Below, piece after piece: positions 37,826 through 48,932 of a stretch of 48,932 nucleotides of DNA. The notes beneath the pieces were generated by a model. The model ran no database searches and was not told the origin of the DNA. It was given only the letters and a program-made list of their open reading frames with translations. Made by a program: the position numbers and the translations under genes. The first letter of the stretch is position 1, and the number at the start of each line of letters is the position of its first letter. Source of the stretch: Chloroflexota bacterium. Lineage in GTDB: Bacteria; Chloroflexota; Dehalococcoidia; Dehalococcoidales; UBA2162. Location of the stretch: assembly GCA_016199495.1 (NCBI GenBank), contig JACQGQ010000048.1, positions 1 through 48,932 on the forward strand. The letters are read 5' to 3'.

Positions 37826-38179
37826 CGCTGTTCCTTTCCGCTACCTTAAGTTATCAGTGGCAACTATACTTATATTTTACCACACCCGGAGTATCTGGGG
37901 ATAACTTGACATAACCACAGCCAAACCAAGCAGCACTGATGGCACCCATTGAAGAAACAACCATGGCTAGCCACATTACCGAGGCTACCTGCGTAGGCAA
38001 TCTTGTGGAGCTGAAAACAAGCCAGTTTATAAATAGCAGTCTTTTTAGCCGGCGAGGGTAGCAGCGGTGGGTTGGCAAAATGTCTAAAATAAGCTAAGAT
38101 ATAAGGTAGGTCCAGCGCTGGTGGACTTGGAGGTGGCTTCATAGAAAGACAAACTGAAATAAGAAAACGAATAGCGAAC

Positions 38180-38743
38180 TTGACCTCTAATATCCTGAAC
38201 CCCTTCTGGCTAATCATGGCAATGATATTACTACTTTCATTTACCTCAGCCGCCAGCACCCTTGACGCTCTTAAGTGGGCGTTTGTTTCAATCGCCATGA
38301 GCATACTGCCGGTTTTCCTGATTATTTTTTATCTGGTTCGAAGAGGCAGCCTCGATGCCGTCTTCACCAATGTCCGCGAACAAAGAACCAGGATTTACCT
38401 GCTGGGAGGTTTTTGTGCTGTCATTAGCTATATCATTCTCGCTTATAGCGGAGCACCATCATTACTGATGGCCGGATTTATCACCGGACTTTCAACGGCA
38501 ATCATATTTACCGGCATCAATCTGTGGTGGAAGATAAGCCTTCATACTGCCCTGGTAGCGGCTTCAGCCACAGTACTGGTTATGTTATATGGCTGGATAG
38601 CGGTCGGCAGCGTCGCTCTTGTGCCCTTAACGGGATGGGCAAGAATAGAATTAGAGTATCACTCACTCGCCCAGGCAATTAGCGGCGCCCTTCTGGCCGC
38701 CTTAATTGTAGTTGTCGTCTTTTACCCGCTGGCTCTGGCTTAA
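38180..38743 (+). CDS. PAP2-like membrane protein
   Basis: Multiple TM helices; WKISLH and WARIEL.YHSLAQ PAP2-like motifs. Confidence 0.75.
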   Translation: MTSNILNPFWLIMAMILLLSFTSAASTLDALKWAFVSIAMSILPVFLIIFYLVRRGSLDAVFTNVREQRTRIYLLGGFCAVISYIILAYSGAPSLLMAGFITGLSTAIIFTGINLWWKISLHTALVAASATVLVMLYGWIAVGSVALVPLTGWARIELEYHSLAQAISGALLAALIVVVVFYPLALA

Positions 38744-38832
38744 GTCCCTGGAGCAGTGGCAAGAAAAACGAGGTAACGCCTGGCTACCGCTCGACTCCAA
38801 GTAGTTCTACTTAGAAAGGAGCTTTACAGATT

Positions 38833-40287
38833 ATGGCATGGGACCCAGCGCTAGAGGTCGCTTTTCATCCCAGGGTGGTAGCTATGGTGGGGGTCTCGGC
38901 GGACACCAAACGCAGCGGGCCCCGGCCCGGTGGAGGTTCCAGCTTCATCAGTAGCTACGAGCAACTGGGTTTTCAGGGGCGCATCTACCCGGTCAATCCT
39001 AAGACTACAAAGATTCTTGGCCGTAAAGCCTATCCTAATGTCTCGTCCATCCCTGAACCTGTGGACCTGGTAGTTATCTCGGTACCGGCTCCAGCCGTAC
39101 CTGAGGTACTTGAGGACTGTATTACCGCCAATGCCCGGAATATCCATATCTACACTTCCGGCTTCGAGGAGACCGGGGAGGAAGCAGCCAAGGAACTGGG
39201 ACGCCGGGTTCGCCAGATTGCTTTACGCGGCGGCCTGCGCCTCATCGGCCCCAACTGTATGGGCTTATATGTACCTAAAACTGGCATCGGGAGTTTTGCC
39301 CAGCTCTCCCGGGAAAGTGGACCGGTCGCCTTTATCTCCCAGAGTGGCGGCCATTGCAACTGGTTCTGCCACTACGCGGCCAACTACGGCATCTACTTCA
39401 GCAAGGTTATTAGCTTCGGTAATGCCTACATCCTGGACAGCACCGATTTTCTGGAGTATCTGGCAGTTGACCCCGATACCGGAATAATCTGCATGTACCT
39501 GGAGGGGGTCAAGGATGGCAGCAAGCTGTTCCGGCAGGTGAAAGAAATCAACCGGGTCAAGCCGGTGATTCTGTGGAAGGCGGGACTGACTGAATCAGGC
39601 TCGCGCGCCGTCGCCTCCCACACCGCCTCCCTGGCCGGCAAGGAGGCTATCTGGCGCGGTTTCTTTGCCCAGACCGGCGCCGTACCTGTCCTTTCCCTAG
39701 AGGAGATGGCGGAAATGACGATGACCTTTCTCTATGTCAAACCGCCACGAGGCAAGAGGGTGGCCGTGTTGGGGTCCGGGGGCGGCTCCAGCGTCGCCTC
39801 GGCCGATGTCTGCAGCCGTGAAGGACTGGAGGTGCCTGCCCTGACCCAGGAGACCCAGGCCGAGCTCAGGAAGTTCATCTCCCCGGCGGGAACTAGCATC
39901 AAGAACCCCCTGGACACGGGACTCATCTTCCGCGATGTGTCGCTTCTGGAACGAGAGATAGCGCTGGTGGCGGCTGACCCCCTGATAGACATGCTCATCG
40001 TCAGGCCCCACCTTGATATGGCACACTCAATCGGGCCCGACCAGGTAGACCGCCTGGTTAATTACCTGCGTGACTTTTCCAGGGACAATCCCCATGGTAA
40101 ACCCATGGTGCTCTCCTTCAACTCCTGGGCTAACGACCCCTGGGAGGCTGAACTGCGGGCCAGACTTCAGGTGGAACTACCACAGAAGGGGGTGCCGGTC
40201 TATAGCTCACTGGACAGCGCCAGCCGCGCCCTAGCTAAACTCTTCGAATATCACCGCTTTCAGAAGGAAGCAGCCGAGAACCAGTAG
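38833..40287 (+). CDS. NDP-forming acyl-CoA synthetase alpha-like CoA-binding protein
   Basis: YPVNPK, GPNCMG, SQSGG, ASHTASLAG (phospho-His), NPLD. Confidence 0.9.
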   Translation: MAWDPALEVAFHPRVVAMVGVSADTKRSGPRPGGGSSFISSYEQLGFQGRIYPVNPKTTKILGRKAYPNVSSIPEPVDLVVISVPAPAVPEVLEDCITANARNIHIYTSGFEETGEEAAKELGRRVRQIALRGGLRLIGPNCMGLYVPKTGIGSFAQLSRESGPVAFISQSGGHCNWFCHYAANYGIYFSKVISFGNAYILDSTDFLEYLAVDPDTGIICMYLEGVKDGSKLFRQVKEINRVKPVILWKAGLTESGSRAVASHTASLAGKEAIWRGFFAQTGAVPVLSLEEMAEMTMTFLYVKPPRGKRVAVLGSGGGSSVASADVCSREGLEVPALTQETQAELRKFISPAGTSIKNPLDTGLIFRDVSLLEREIALVAADPLIDMLIVRPHLDMAHSIGPDQVDRLVNYLRDFSRDNPHGKPMVLSFNSWANDPWEAELRARLQVELPQKGVPVYSSLDSASRALAKLFEYHRFQKEAAENQ

Positions 40288-40314
40288 CCAGGAAGTCCCG
40301 TGTATTAATAAACC

Positions 40315-40389
40315 TGGCTCCCCGACTAGGACTCGAACCTAGAACCTAGCGGTTAACAGCCGCCCGCTCTACCATTGAGCTATCGGGGA
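40315..40389 (-). tRNA. tRNA-Asn(GTT)
   Basis: TCCCCGATAGCTCAATGGTAGAGCGGGCGGCTGTTAACCGCTAGGTTCTAGGTTCGAGTCCTAGTCGGGGAGCCA; full cloverleaf with CCA. Confidence 0.97.
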
Positions 40390-40434
40390 ATGCCACAACC
40401 TTTCTGTCCCTTTTCGGCAAGAACCAGGAGCCAC

Positions 40435-40668
40435 CTATAGCTCAGCTTGCAGGAGCGTCGTGGTGTCCTGGACACCCTGAATACCACGAACCTCACTAAC
40501 AACTATCTTGGTTAGCTCAAAGATGGTCTTAGCTTCAGCGATAGCGATAGCGTCCCATTGTCCGAAGACAAGGTTTATATCCGCTATTCCGGAGGTGGCA
40601 CGAATCTGGGACAGAGCATCGGATTCCAACCCTGGAACCAACTTGATGAGAAGAAAAGCCTTCACCAT
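40435..40668 (-). CDS. Lrp/AsnC ligand-binding (RAM) domain protein
   Basis: AFLLIK...VFGQWDAIA...VRGIQGVQDTTT. Confidence 0.87.
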   Translation of the reverse strand: MVKAFLLIKLVPGLESDALSQIRATSGIADINLVFGQWDAIAIAEAKTIFELTKIVVSEVRGIQGVQDTTTLLQAEL

Positions 40669-40718
40669 TTGCTTGATATTATATTCCTTATCGGCTTGAC
40701 TGGCAAGTGAAAGGGCAG

Positions 40719-40870
40719 AGATTATTTAGTAATCCCTCACCCTTTATCTCTCTCCCCTTATGAAGGGGAGAGAGATAAGATTTTAGAGAGGGGCTTCGCC
40801 CCTCTCTTACTCCTACTCCCCCTTCCCTTCACAAGGGAAGGGGGCAGGGGGATAGGTTACTCAACAACCT
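40719..40870 (+). repeat. Palindromic repeat, complete empty A-B-C form, copy 6
   Basis: TTTAGTAATCCCTCACCCTTTA, hairpin A (TCTCTCTCCCCTT..AAGGGGAGAGAGA), B (AGAGAGGGGC-TTC-GCCCCTCTCT), C (CCCCCTTCCCTT..AAGGGAAGGGGG), then CAGGGGGATAGGTTACTCAACAACCT. Confidence 0.9.
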
Positions 40871-40954
40871 CAGGCGGGCAATGACGAACATAGCAACCAC
40901 AAAGCTGAACCTCTAACGCTAGCCTATACCCCCTAGCTTAAAGTATAATGACTT

Positions 40955-42805
40955 ATGGGGGGCAATATATTGACCGACCTTAATAGCATCCTCTATCAGG
41001 TTAAAAAACCGGCCCGCTACACCGGTGGTGAGTGGAACAGCATCGTCAAGGACTGGGACAAAACAGCTATCAGGATTGCCCTTATCTACCCTGATTTATA
41101 TGAAATAGGCATGTCCAATATGGCTCTGCCTATCCTCTACGAGCTGCTCAATAGCCAGCCGGATGTTCTCGCCGAAAGGGCTTTTGCACCCTGGCCGGAT
41201 ATGGAAGCGCTAATGCGGGCCGAGGGTATCCCCCTCTTTAGCCTGGAATCCAGACGCCCGCTCAACGAATTCGATATTATTGCCTTTTCCCTGGGTTACG
41301 AACTGACCTACACCAACGTCTTGAATATCCTTGACCTGGCTCAAATACCAGTTCTGGCCGCGGAGAGAAACGACTCCCATCCGCTGGTAATAGCCGGTGG
41401 GGGCTGTAGCCTCAACCCGGAACCGATGGTTGACTTCATTGATTTTTTTGCCATCGGGGATGGTGAAGAGATTCTGTTTGAGCTACTCAATAGCTTCCGC
41501 AATTGGAAACAGACGGGCAAGGGAATCCCCAAGGAAGGCCTACTTCGTCAGGCGGCAACCATACCCGGCATCTATGTACCCAGCCTGTATCAGGTGGAAT
41601 ACCAGGCCGACGGTCGACTGAAAAGCATTACGCCGACCGTCGCCGAGGCGAAACCGACCATTCAACGACGGATAGTGACCAAGCTGCCGCCTCCGGTAAC
41701 TAAACCGGTAGTTCCTTACATCGAAGTTATCCACGACCGGGGGGCGATAGAGATTCAGCGGGGTTGCAGTCACGGCTGCCGTTTTTGCCAGGCAGGAATT
41801 ATCTACCGCCCGCTACGGGAGCGGTCTCAGCCGGAGATTGTCGCCGCCGCCGGGGAGCTTATGGCTAACTGCGGCTATAACGAGGTGTCTCTAGTCTCAC
41901 TAAGCACCAGTGATTACCCCGGCATTGATGAACTGGTTGCCAGTCTCGGCCGCTGTTACCCTGACCTTGCCCTGTCGCTACCCAGTCTTTACATTGATAG
42001 CTTCTCGGTAGAGTTGATGGACTCTTTACCCTCTCACAAGAAAACAGGGCTGACCTTCGCCCCCGAGGCCGGCAGTGAAAGACTGCGGCGCAGCATCAAC
42101 AAGGCTGTCTCTGAAGATGAACTCCTGAAAACGGCGACCGCCGCTTTCGACCGGGGCTGGACAGGGATTAAGCTATATTTCATGCTCGGCTTGCCCGGAG
42201 AAACCAGGGATGACATCGAGGGCATCGTCAACCTGGTGGATAAAGTGCGCGCCCTGAGCCGCAGAACTAAAGGGAGGACGCCCCAGATAAGAATTAACCT
42301 GTCAACCTTCGTGCCCAAGCCACACACGCCCTTTCAGTGGGTCGCCCAGGAAAATGAACAGGAGCTAAAGGCTAAACACGAGCTTCTGAAACAGGGATTA
42401 CGTCGCAAGGGAACCAGGCTATCCTGGCAGGACACCGGAGTCAGCCTGCTTGAAGCCGCCCTGTCACGCGGAGATAGGCGATTGGGCAAGGTTATTTATC
42501 ATGCCTGGAAATTGGGCTGCACTTTTGATTCCTGGGATGAGCACTTTAACTATGAAAACTGGTGCCGCGCCTTTACCGAGGCCGGGCTTAAGCCCGAATT
42601 CTACGCCCGGAGGCAGCGCTCCCTGGACGAGCTTCTCCCCTGGTCCCATATCGATGTGGGCGTAACTACGGCTTTCCTCAAGCGCGAATACCAGCGTGCT
42701 ATGGAAAGCGTGGCAACCCGTGACTGCCGTACTGAAGCCTGTAACGCCTGCGGACTAGAAAAGATATATCCGGCGTGCCGGGAAAAGCTGGTTAAGACTA
42801 ACTAA
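40955..42805 (+). CDS. TIGR03960-family B12-binding radical SAM protein
   Basis: [49 protein letters not shown]. Confidence 0.92.
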   Translation: MGGNILTDLNSILYQVKKPARYTGGEWNSIVKDWDKTAIRIALIYPDLYEIGMSNMALPILYELLNSQPDVLAERAFAPWPDMEALMRAEGIPLFSLESRRPLNEFDIIAFSLGYELTYTNVLNILDLAQIPVLAAERNDSHPLVIAGGGCSLNPEPMVDFIDFFAIGDGEEILFELLNSFRNWKQTGKGIPKEGLLRQAATIPGIYVPSLYQVEYQADGRLKSITPTVAEAKPTIQRRIVTKLPPPVTKPVVPYIEVIHDRGAIEIQRGCSHGCRFCQAGIIYRPLRERSQPEIVAAAGELMANCGYNEVSLVSLSTSDYPGIDELVASLGRCYPDLALSLPSLYIDSFSVELMDSLPSHKKTGLTFAPEAGSERLRRSINKAVSEDELLKTATAAFDRGWTGIKLYFMLGLPGETRDDIEGIVNLVDKVRALSRRTKGRTPQIRINLSTFVPKPHTPFQWVAQENEQELKAKHELLKQGLRRKGTRLSWQDTGVSLLEAALSRGDRRLGKVIYHAWKLGCTFDSWDEHFNYENWCRAFTEAGLKPEFYARRQRSLDELLPWSHIDVGVTTAFLKREYQRAMESVATRDCRTEACNACGLEKIYPACREKLVKTN

Positions 42806-45236
42806 AGCAGGCGATAGCCACCACGCTATCGCCATCACTAAGCCTCATCAGCCTCACCCCCTGGGTGCTCCTGCCCTGAATAGTAATGCCCTTTTTAGGG
42901 TCTTTTTCTTTCACCGGGGTGTGGATAACAATCCCTTCAGCCGAGATAATCATCACCTGCTGAGATAGAGAAACCACTCTGGTGGCAGCCACCTTATCCG
43001 TCTTCTCAACCAGCTTGAAGGTCCTGACGCCACTGCCGGCGCGGTGCTGCCGCGGGTAACTGCTAACCGGGGTCAGCTTCCCAAAGCCGTTGGCAGTAAC
43101 AACCAGGAGAAAGCCCTCGGCATAGGCAACCTCCATGCCGAGGACCCGGTCGCCAGCCGCTAGGCGGATACCACTGACCCCACCACTGGTCCTCAGGCTG
43201 GTTCTCAGGCTGGAGACGGCAAACCTGATTGATTGCCCTCCCTCGGTCACTATAATGACATCGTCCTTATCAGTCGCCAAACGGGCGTTCACCAGCTCGT
43301 CTTCCTCCTCGACAGCCATGGCAATAAGGCCACTACTGCGCACCACCGCGAATTTCTCTGAAGCCGTCTTTTTTACCTCACCGGAACGTGTCGCCATCAA
43401 CAAGTAGTTATCGGCGCTAAAATCAGTTACGGCGACGACATCGGTAACCCGCTCACCTTCAGCAATCGGGAAAAGATTAATCACGGCCAGCCCTTTAGCC
43501 GTGCGCGAGCTACCGGCCGGGATTTCATAACATTTGAGACGAAAAACCTTACCCCGGTTGGTGAAGAAGAGCAAGTTATCATGGGTATCAGCCACCGCCA
43601 GCAGTCTGACGGCATCGTTCTCCCTGGTTACCATACCAACGATACCCTTACCGCCACGATGCTGCAGCGTGTAAAGCTGGGAGGGCACCCTTTTGATAAA
43701 TCCCCGGTTACTGAGCGTTACCACCACTCTCTGGTGTGGGATAAGGTCTTCCTCATGAAATTCTACTTCCCCCCGCTCACTTATCTCGGTTCGCCGCGGG
43801 TCACCATACTTGGACTTCAGTTCCTTCACCTCATCCCTTATCAGGAGAAGCACCCTTTTAGGATTAGCCAGCAGCTCTTCCAGATAAGAGATGTTTTTCA
43901 AAACCTCGGTATACTCATCAAGAATCCGGCGCCGCTCCAGATTAGCCAGCCGGCGTAACTGCATATCAAGAATAGCTTGCGCCTGAACCTGAGACAAACT
44001 AAAATCAGTCATCAAGCTCTGGCGGGCCTTCTCCGCCGTTTCCGATTTGCGGATAGTTGCAATCACCTTGTCTATCTGGTCCAGAGCGATTTTAAGCCCT
44101 TCCAGGATATGGGCTCTCGCCCGGGCTCCCTTCAGCTCAAACCTAGAGCGCCGGGTGATAACATCACGACGGAAATCAATATAATACTGGAGCGCTTCCT
44201 TGAGGCTAATGACGCGGGGCTGGCCATCAACCAGAGCCAGCATGTTAACGAAGAAAGCCGATTGCATGGCAGTATGTTTATAGAGGCTGTTAAGCACCTG
44301 CTGCAGCTGAGCTTCTCTCCTTAACTCAATGACAATACGCATACCCTGACGGTCGGACTCATCGCGTAGTTCACTGATGCCGGCAATCTTCTTATTAGCT
44401 ACCCGCTCCGCGATTCTCTCCACCAGGGTCGCCTTATTCGTCTGGTAAGGCAGCTCGGTAACCACTATTTGACGGGGACCTGCCTCCGACCGCTCAATGA
44501 TGTGAGCCTTAGCTTGAACTACTATCCGACCATGCCCGGTAGCATAGGCGCTCTTGATACCATCCTGCCCCAGGATAATACCAGCCGTAGGAAAATCAGG
44601 CCCTTTAACAAAGCGGGTAAGTTCATCAACCGTGGCTCCGGGATTATCGATGAGATAGGAGATAGCCTCACAGACCTCACCCAGGTTATGCGGAGGAATG
44701 CTGGTTGCCATCCCCACCGCAATCCCGGCACTACCATTAACCAGCAAATTAGGCAACTGGGTGGGTAGCACTGAGGGTTCCTTGAGGCTATCATCAAAGT
44801 TGGACACAAAGTCGACAGTATCCTTGTCAATGTCAACTAACATCTGTTCCGCAATCTCGGTCAGGCGGGCCTCGGTATAACGCATGGCGGCCGGTGGGTC
44901 ATTATCCACGCTACCGAAATTACCCTGCCCATCAACCAGAAGATATCGCATCGAGAAATCCTGTGCCAGGCGCACCATGGCATCATAAACAGAGGTATCA
45001 CCATGAGGATGATACTTACCCAGCACCTCACCAACAATGCGGGCACTTTTCTTATGGGCGCTGGTGTGGCGAATCCCCATGTCGTTCATAGCATAAAGAA
45101 TGCGCCGTTGTACCGGCTTCAGTCCATCCCGCACATCAGGTAGCGCCCGGGAAACAATGACACTCATCGCGTAGTCAAGATAAGAGCTCCGCATTTCGTC
45201 TTCTATATTTACCGGTCTAGTTTTACCTAAAACCAT
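42798..45236 (-). CDS. gyrA: DNA gyrase subunit A
   Basis: [26 protein letters not shown], GyrA-box QHRGGKG. Confidence 0.97.
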   Translation of the reverse strand: MVLGKTRPVNIEDEMRSSYLDYAMSVIVSRALPDVRDGLKPVQRRILYAMNDMGIRHTSAHKKSARIVGEVLGKYHPHGDTSVYDAMVRLAQDFSMRYLLVDGQGNFGSVDNDPPAAMRYTEARLTEIAEQMLVDIDKDTVDFVSNFDDSLKEPSVLPTQLPNLLVNGSAGIAVGMATSIPPHNLGEVCEAISYLIDNPGATVDELTRFVKGPDFPTAGIILGQDGIKSAYATGHGRIVVQAKAHIIERSEAGPRQIVVTELPYQTNKATLVERIAERVANKKIAGISELRDESDRQGMRIVIELRREAQLQQVLNSLYKHTAMQSAFFVNMLALVDGQPRVISLKEALQYYIDFRRDVITRRSRFELKGARARAHILEGLKIALDQIDKVIATIRKSETAEKARQSLMTDFSLSQVQAQAILDMQLRRLANLERRRILDEYTEVLKNISYLEELLANPKRVLLLIRDEVKELKSKYGDPRRTEISERGEVEFHEEDLIPHQRVVVTLSNRGFIKRVPSQLYTLQHRGGKGIVGMVTRENDAVRLLAVADTHDNLLFFTNRGKVFRLKCYEIPAGSSRTAKGLAVINLFPIAEGERVTDVVAVTDFSADNYLLMATRSGEVKKTASEKFAVVRSSGLIAMAVEEEDELVNARLATDKDDVIIVTEGGQSIRFAVSSLRTSLRTSGGVSGIRLAAGDRVLGMEVAYAEGFLLVVTANGFGKLTPVSSYPRQHRAGSGVRTFKLVEKTDKVAATRVVSLSQQVMIISAEGIVIHTPVKEKDPKKGITIQGRSTQGVRLMRLSDGDSVVAIACFS

Positions 45237-45251
45237 CTCCGCTCGGGCCTC

Positions 45252-46067
45252 CTACTCCTCATTATCAATCTCCTCATCAATATCAGAGGATTCCTCAGGC
45301 AGTAATTCTGTCTCCTCGTCACCGATTATGATATAGCTGGGCGCGCCGAGTAATGCTTCCTCATACTCAAGCTCACGCCTGATTATTCTATCGCCAGTAT
45401 AAGGCTGAGAATTCTCCACCACCTTTAGCGGGAAGGAAAGTCGTCCGTCTTGAGAGGGATGCCGATACACCTCTCTAATCATGACGGTTATTACCTCTTC
45501 GGTTAAGCTGATGATAGTGGCGGTATACTTATTACCGCCCTCCATCAACTTGATGAGTCGCTGCCCATGCTTAGCCTCAACCTGTCCCAGATACTCCCCA
45601 CGGCTGTTCTCCACGATTAAATTAGACTCATCCACCCTCAAGATTACCTGGCCACCAGCCACCGTTCTGGCCAGTACCTCCGGTGGCGCCAGGTGACAAA
45701 GCTTAACCACCCCCGCCTTGCCTACTTCCTCAATAAACTGTTGCGGCTCGACTTTATGAAAACCACCCCCTGAACTAACCCCGGTCTCTCCTAGATGAGA
45801 TAAACGATTAAGATTCTTCTGGGCAATGGTATTATAAGGGTCGATTTTTATGGTTTTTTCGTAGGCTTCTCTCGCCCGGGCGTAGTCCCCCAACTCCATA
45901 TAGGCTCTAGCCAAACGATTGAAGGCATCAACATCGTTGGGAAAACTCCCCAATAAACTCTTATTAGCGGCTACCGCCTCCTGCCACCGACCCTGCATAG
46001 CTAAGGCTACCGCCTGTTTGCTTGCCTGGCGCCTTTGCCTGGCCCGTTCCTCTTCTTGATATGACAT
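45252..46067 (-). CDS. TPR-repeat protein upstream of gyrA
   Basis: N-terminal TPR (DAFNRLARAYMELGDYARAREAY...IDPYN) and an acidic tail. Confidence 0.85.
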   Translation of the reverse strand: MSYQEEERARQRRQASKQAVALAMQGRWQEAVAANKSLLGSFPNDVDAFNRLARAYMELGDYARAREAYEKTIKIDPYNTIAQKNLNRLSHLGETGVSSGGGFHKVEPQQFIEEVGKAGVVKLCHLAPPEVLARTVAGGQVILRVDESNLIVENSRGEYLGQVEAKHGQRLIKLMEGGNKYTATIISLTEEVITVMIREVYRHPSQDGRLSFPLKVVENSQPYTGDRIIRRELEYEEALLGAPSYIIIGDEETELLPEESSDIDEEIDNEE

Positions 46068-46151
46068 TCGCCACTCCCCCCGGTAATTAACCCTGAACCA
46101 CTACTCTACTCTAGCTAAAACAGCTAAACAAGTCAAAGTTTTAAAGACATT

Positions 46152-46223
46152 GTTTAGTAACCCCTCACCCTTTATCCCCCTCCCCTTATTAAGGGAAGGG
46201 GGCAGGGGGATGGGTTACTAAAC
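46152..46223 (+). repeat. Palindromic repeat, short single-hairpin form, copy 7
   Basis: GTTTAGTAACCC...GGGTTACTAAAC perfect outer inverted repeat around CCCCCTCCCCTTATTAAGGGAAGGGGG. Confidence 0.88.
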
Positions 46224-46282
46224 GACCTCAATTTAATGGGAGCCGTAAGGCGGCGCCTGCCCTCATTTTCTTGCCGCCTAGC

Positions 46283-47503
46283 TTATTTATCTATATCCAG
46301 CTTAAATGCCCGGTGTAAAGCACGAACCGCGTCCTTCACCTTGGACTCATCAATAATGCAGGTTATCCTTATCTCTGAGGTAGTAATCAGTTGAATATTG
46401 ATACCCTGCTCACTGAGTATCCCGAACATCCGGGCGGCATAGCCCGGGGTATTCTGCATACCGGTGCCGACAATACTAACTTTGCCCAGTTTGGCATCGC
46501 TGACACACTCCCGGGCGCCGATTGATTTGGCTATCGGCGCCACAACCGCCATCGCCTTTTCCAGCTGGCTTTTAGCCACGGTAAAAGTTAAATCAGTGAT
46601 ATTATTAATACTGGCGTTCTGCACAATAGTATCGACACTGATATTCGCTCTGGCTAATGGTTCGAAGAGAGCCGCGGCAATACCCGGCTGGTCAGGCACA
46701 CCCACCACCGTTATCTTAGCCACATCAAGGTCATGAGCGATACTCCTCACCTTTTCTCGCACTTCCATAGATACCCCTCCATGAATTAATGTCCCCGGAC
46801 TATCAGTGAAGCTGGAGGCGACCAGAATAGGAACATGAAACAGCTCTCCCAGCTCAACCGCCCGCGGATGCATCACCTTAGCCCCATAGCTGGCCAGCTC
46901 CAGCATCTCCTCATAGCCAATCTCAGATAGCCGTTGCGCCCCAGGCACCAGGCGCGGGTCAGCGGTATAGACCCCTTCAACATCGGTATATATCTGGCAG
47001 ACCTCTGCCCCCAGGCCGGCCGCCAGAGCTACGGCCGTGGTATCAGAGCCGCCCCGGCCCAATGTGGTAACATCCATATCATCGGTAACCCCCTGGAAAC
47101 CAGCCACGATGACAATATTCCCCCTCTCCAGCTCCTTGACCACCCGTTTGGCTTCCACCTTGAGGATGCGGGCGCGATTATAGGTAGCATCGGTGCGTAT
47201 TCCCGCCTGGGCACCGGTGAGGCTAATCGCCTCATAGCCCATAGCCCGGAGCGCCATCGTCAACAGGGTACTGGAAACAATCTCACCGGTGGATAAGAGG
47301 ACATCAAGCTCCCGCTCGCTGGGTTGCTCGGAAAGCTGATAAGCCAGGTTGATTAGCTCATCGGTGGTATCCCCCATTGCCGAGACGACGACCACCACCC
47401 GATTACCCTTGTCCTTAGCCTGAGCGATACGCCGGGCGACACCCTTAATCCGCTCGGCATCGGCCACCGATGAACCGCCATACTTTTGAACAATCAGTGC
47501 CAT
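46283..47503 (-). CDS. lysC: Aspartate kinase
   Basis: [31 protein letters not shown], two ACT domains. Confidence 0.96.
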   Translation of the reverse strand: MALIVQKYGGSSVADAERIKGVARRIAQAKDKGNRVVVVVSAMGDTTDELINLAYQLSEQPSERELDVLLSTGEIVSSTLLTMALRAMGYEAISLTGAQAGIRTDATYNRARILKVEAKRVVKELERGNIVIVAGFQGVTDDMDVTTLGRGGSDTTAVALAAGLGAEVCQIYTDVEGVYTADPRLVPGAQRLSEIGYEEMLELASYGAKVMHPRAVELGELFHVPILVASSFTDSPGTLIHGGVSMEVREKVRSIAHDLDVAKITVVGVPDQPGIAAALFEPLARANISVDTIVQNASINNITDLTFTVAKSQLEKAMAVVAPIAKSIGARECVSDAKLGKVSIVGTGMQNTPGYAARMFGILSEQGINIQLITTSEIRITCIIDESKVKDAVRALHRAFKLDIDK

Positions 47504-48694
47504 CTAACCCCTGCCCACCAGTTTCCCCATAATATTATACCCGGGGTCAATAAACAAGCCAGTCTTGGCGGCTTCGGCTTCGGTGAACCTCTTTGCCCCG
47601 TTAGCCGTGAACCCGGGCCCCCACAGCAGAAACGGCACCGGGTCGGGGCTATGGGTGCGGGTCTTAATCGGGGTGGGGTGGTCAGGCAGAATCAGCACCC
47701 GCAGTTCATCCGCCTGCCAGGAGCGGAACCGACTGACAACCTCCCTATCCACTCTCTGGATAGCCTCTACCTTGTCGTCAATTGCGCCGGTGTGCCCGGC
47801 CTCATCCGTGGCTTCGACATGGATGACCACCAAATCATACTGGCTGAGTGCCACCAGGGCGCCACTAGCCTGAGCGGCAAAATCATTATCCAAACCATCC
47901 TTCACCCCTGGTATCTCCAGTATTCCCATCCCCATCATGCCCGCCAGGCCCCGGATAACATCAACCGCCGATGTTACCGCCGCCTCAAGACCATAAATCC
48001 GCGGGAAGGGCGGTATCTCAGGCAGCCGGCTACTGCCCCAGAAGAGCCAGAGCATACTAGCCGGGGTATCACCTCGAGACCTCCGCTCTACATTTATCGG
48101 ATGCTCCCGGAGCACAACCTCGGAGCGTTGCATCAGGTCTCGCAACAAATCGCTCCCCGGACCGCGAGGCATAAACTCAGCAATAGATTTATCCGGGATA
48201 TCATGCGGGGGAGTGCAGGTAGCCAGCAGGGTATCCTCTCGCCCCTTGAGCTTACAGATATGCCGGTAGCTGACGCCAGGGTAGAAGTGAATCTGGTCAC
48301 TACCCAGGCTTTCATTCAAAGCAGCGATAAGCGGCTGCGCCTCTTCGCTGCTGATATGCCCGGCGCTGTAGTCCCACATCCTGCCGTCACGGATAGCCAC
48401 CAGATTGCAGCGAAAAACGACCTCCCCCTCACCAATGGGAATACCCATGCTTTTGGCTTCAATAGCCGCCCGCCCGCCGTAGTAGACTTCTGGGTCATAA
48501 CCAAACACCGACATACAGGCGCCGGCACTGGAAGGCTCCATCCCCGGCGGCACGGTGCGCACCAGCCCGACAATACCCCCCGGCACCACGGCATCCAGGT
48601 TGGGCGTATCAGCCAGTTCCAGGCAGGTCTTGCCACCACGCTCAGGCAGCGGTAAACCGGCAGCACCATCAACTATCAGCACGCAGTATTTCAA
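47504..48694 (-). CDS. apgM: Cofactor-independent phosphoglycerate mutase family (ApgM / proposed homoserine kinase)
   Basis: IVDGAA, TPNLD, FRCNLV, HVEATDEAGH, PDHPTP...H..DPVPF; abuts lysC. Confidence 0.9.
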   Translation of the reverse strand: MKYCVLIVDGAAGLPLPERGGKTCLELADTPNLDAVVPGGIVGLVRTVPPGMEPSSAGACMSVFGYDPEVYYGGRAAIEAKSMGIPIGEGEVVFRCNLVAIRDGRMWDYSAGHISSEEAQPLIAALNESLGSDQIHFYPGVSYRHICKLKGREDTLLATCTPPHDIPDKSIAEFMPRGPGSDLLRDLMQRSEVVLREHPINVERRSRGDTPASMLWLFWGSSRLPEIPPFPRIYGLEAAVTSAVDVIRGLAGMMGMGILEIPGVKDGLDNDFAAQASGALVALSQYDLVVIHVEATDEAGHTGAIDDKVEAIQRVDREVVSRFRSWQADELRVLILPDHPTPIKTRTHSPDPVPFLLWGPGFTANGAKRFTEAEAAKTGLFIDPGYNIMGKLVGRG

Positions 48695-48697
48695 TCT

Positions 48698-48790
48698 CAG
48701 TAACCCTATCCCTTATAGCCCCTTCCCCTTTTAAAGAGGAAGGGGAAGATTATTTTTGAAGAGAGGCTCCGCCTCTCTTCAACTCCCCCT
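48698..48790 (-). repeat. Palindromic repeat, B+C half on the minus strand, copy 8
   Basis: AGTAACCCTATCCC...CCCCTTCCCCTTTTAAAGAGGAAGGGG...TTGAAGAGAGGC-TCC-GCCTCTCTTCAA. Confidence 0.82.
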
Positions 48791-48884
48791 CGGTATCTTT
48801 CGCCTGCAAAATCGAGGTTTCTCCTCGACTTTCAGGACACCCTTCTTGCCCAAGAGGTTAAATTCGCCTATAATAGCTTAAGTA

Positions 48885-48932
48885 CGGGGCGTAGCGCAGT
48901 CTGGTTAGCGCGCAGCGTTCGGGACGCTGAGG
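48885..48932 (+). tRNA. tRNA-Pro(CGG), truncated by the window edge
   Basis: CGGGGCGTAGCGCAGTCTGGTTAGCGCG, anticodon arm CAGCG-TTCGGGA-CGCTG; TATAAT just upstream. Confidence 0.9.

Noticed and set aside
37854-38304. Minus-strand ORFs between the NDP-sugar synthase and the PAP2-like gene
   Set aside because: No RBS or motifs, and one overlaps the PAP2-like gene; no riboswitch recognised either.
40315-40389. tRNA-Asn as an island integration site
   Set aside because: No duplicate of its 3' end and no integrase seen in the window.
1280-48790. Palindromic repeats as a CRISPR array or simple terminators
   Set aside because: They are dispersed, with no regular spacers and no cas genes. The multi-hairpin conserved architecture occurs between divergent as well as tandem genes, though hairpin B plus its T tract might terminate incidentally.

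Overview
This 48.9 kb window looks like chromosome from an anaerobic bacterium, most consistent with Chloroflexota/Dehalococcoidia (an inference from gene content and order, not a database result). The right third is housekeeping: prmC, prfA, an NDP-sugar synthase, an acyl-CoA synthetase, tRNA-Asn, a B12 radical SAM enzyme, gyrA, a TPR protein, aspartate kinase, apgM and a partial tRNA-Pro. The left two thirds are accessory: a partial aldehyde:ferredoxin oxidoreductase, an N4-C methylase plus HNH nuclease pair, msrPQ, a ParA plus small partner, an oxidative-stress run (wrbA, ferritin-like, CMD, ahpC, flavodoxin, sodB), BrnT/BrnA, an iscS-iscU-dsrE-tusA operon, a CsoR copper operon and a trxB operon. 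Four signals are not in the ORF track. (1) A modular purine/pyrimidine palindromic repeat family occurs 8 times. At two independent loci it is split into near-identical left (A+B) and right (B+C) halves around AT-richer nuclease cargo genes, while an empty A-B-C copy lies at 40719-40870. This is the best candidate for an undescribed cassette-capture system. (2) Two in-frame UGA codons at Cys positions have SECIS-like hairpins: an intact UPWC glutaredoxin and a decayed SPT-U-PCC DUF411-like lipoprotein. (3) Phased octamer arrays flank the ParA operon. (4) Several small Cys-rich ORFs are present.
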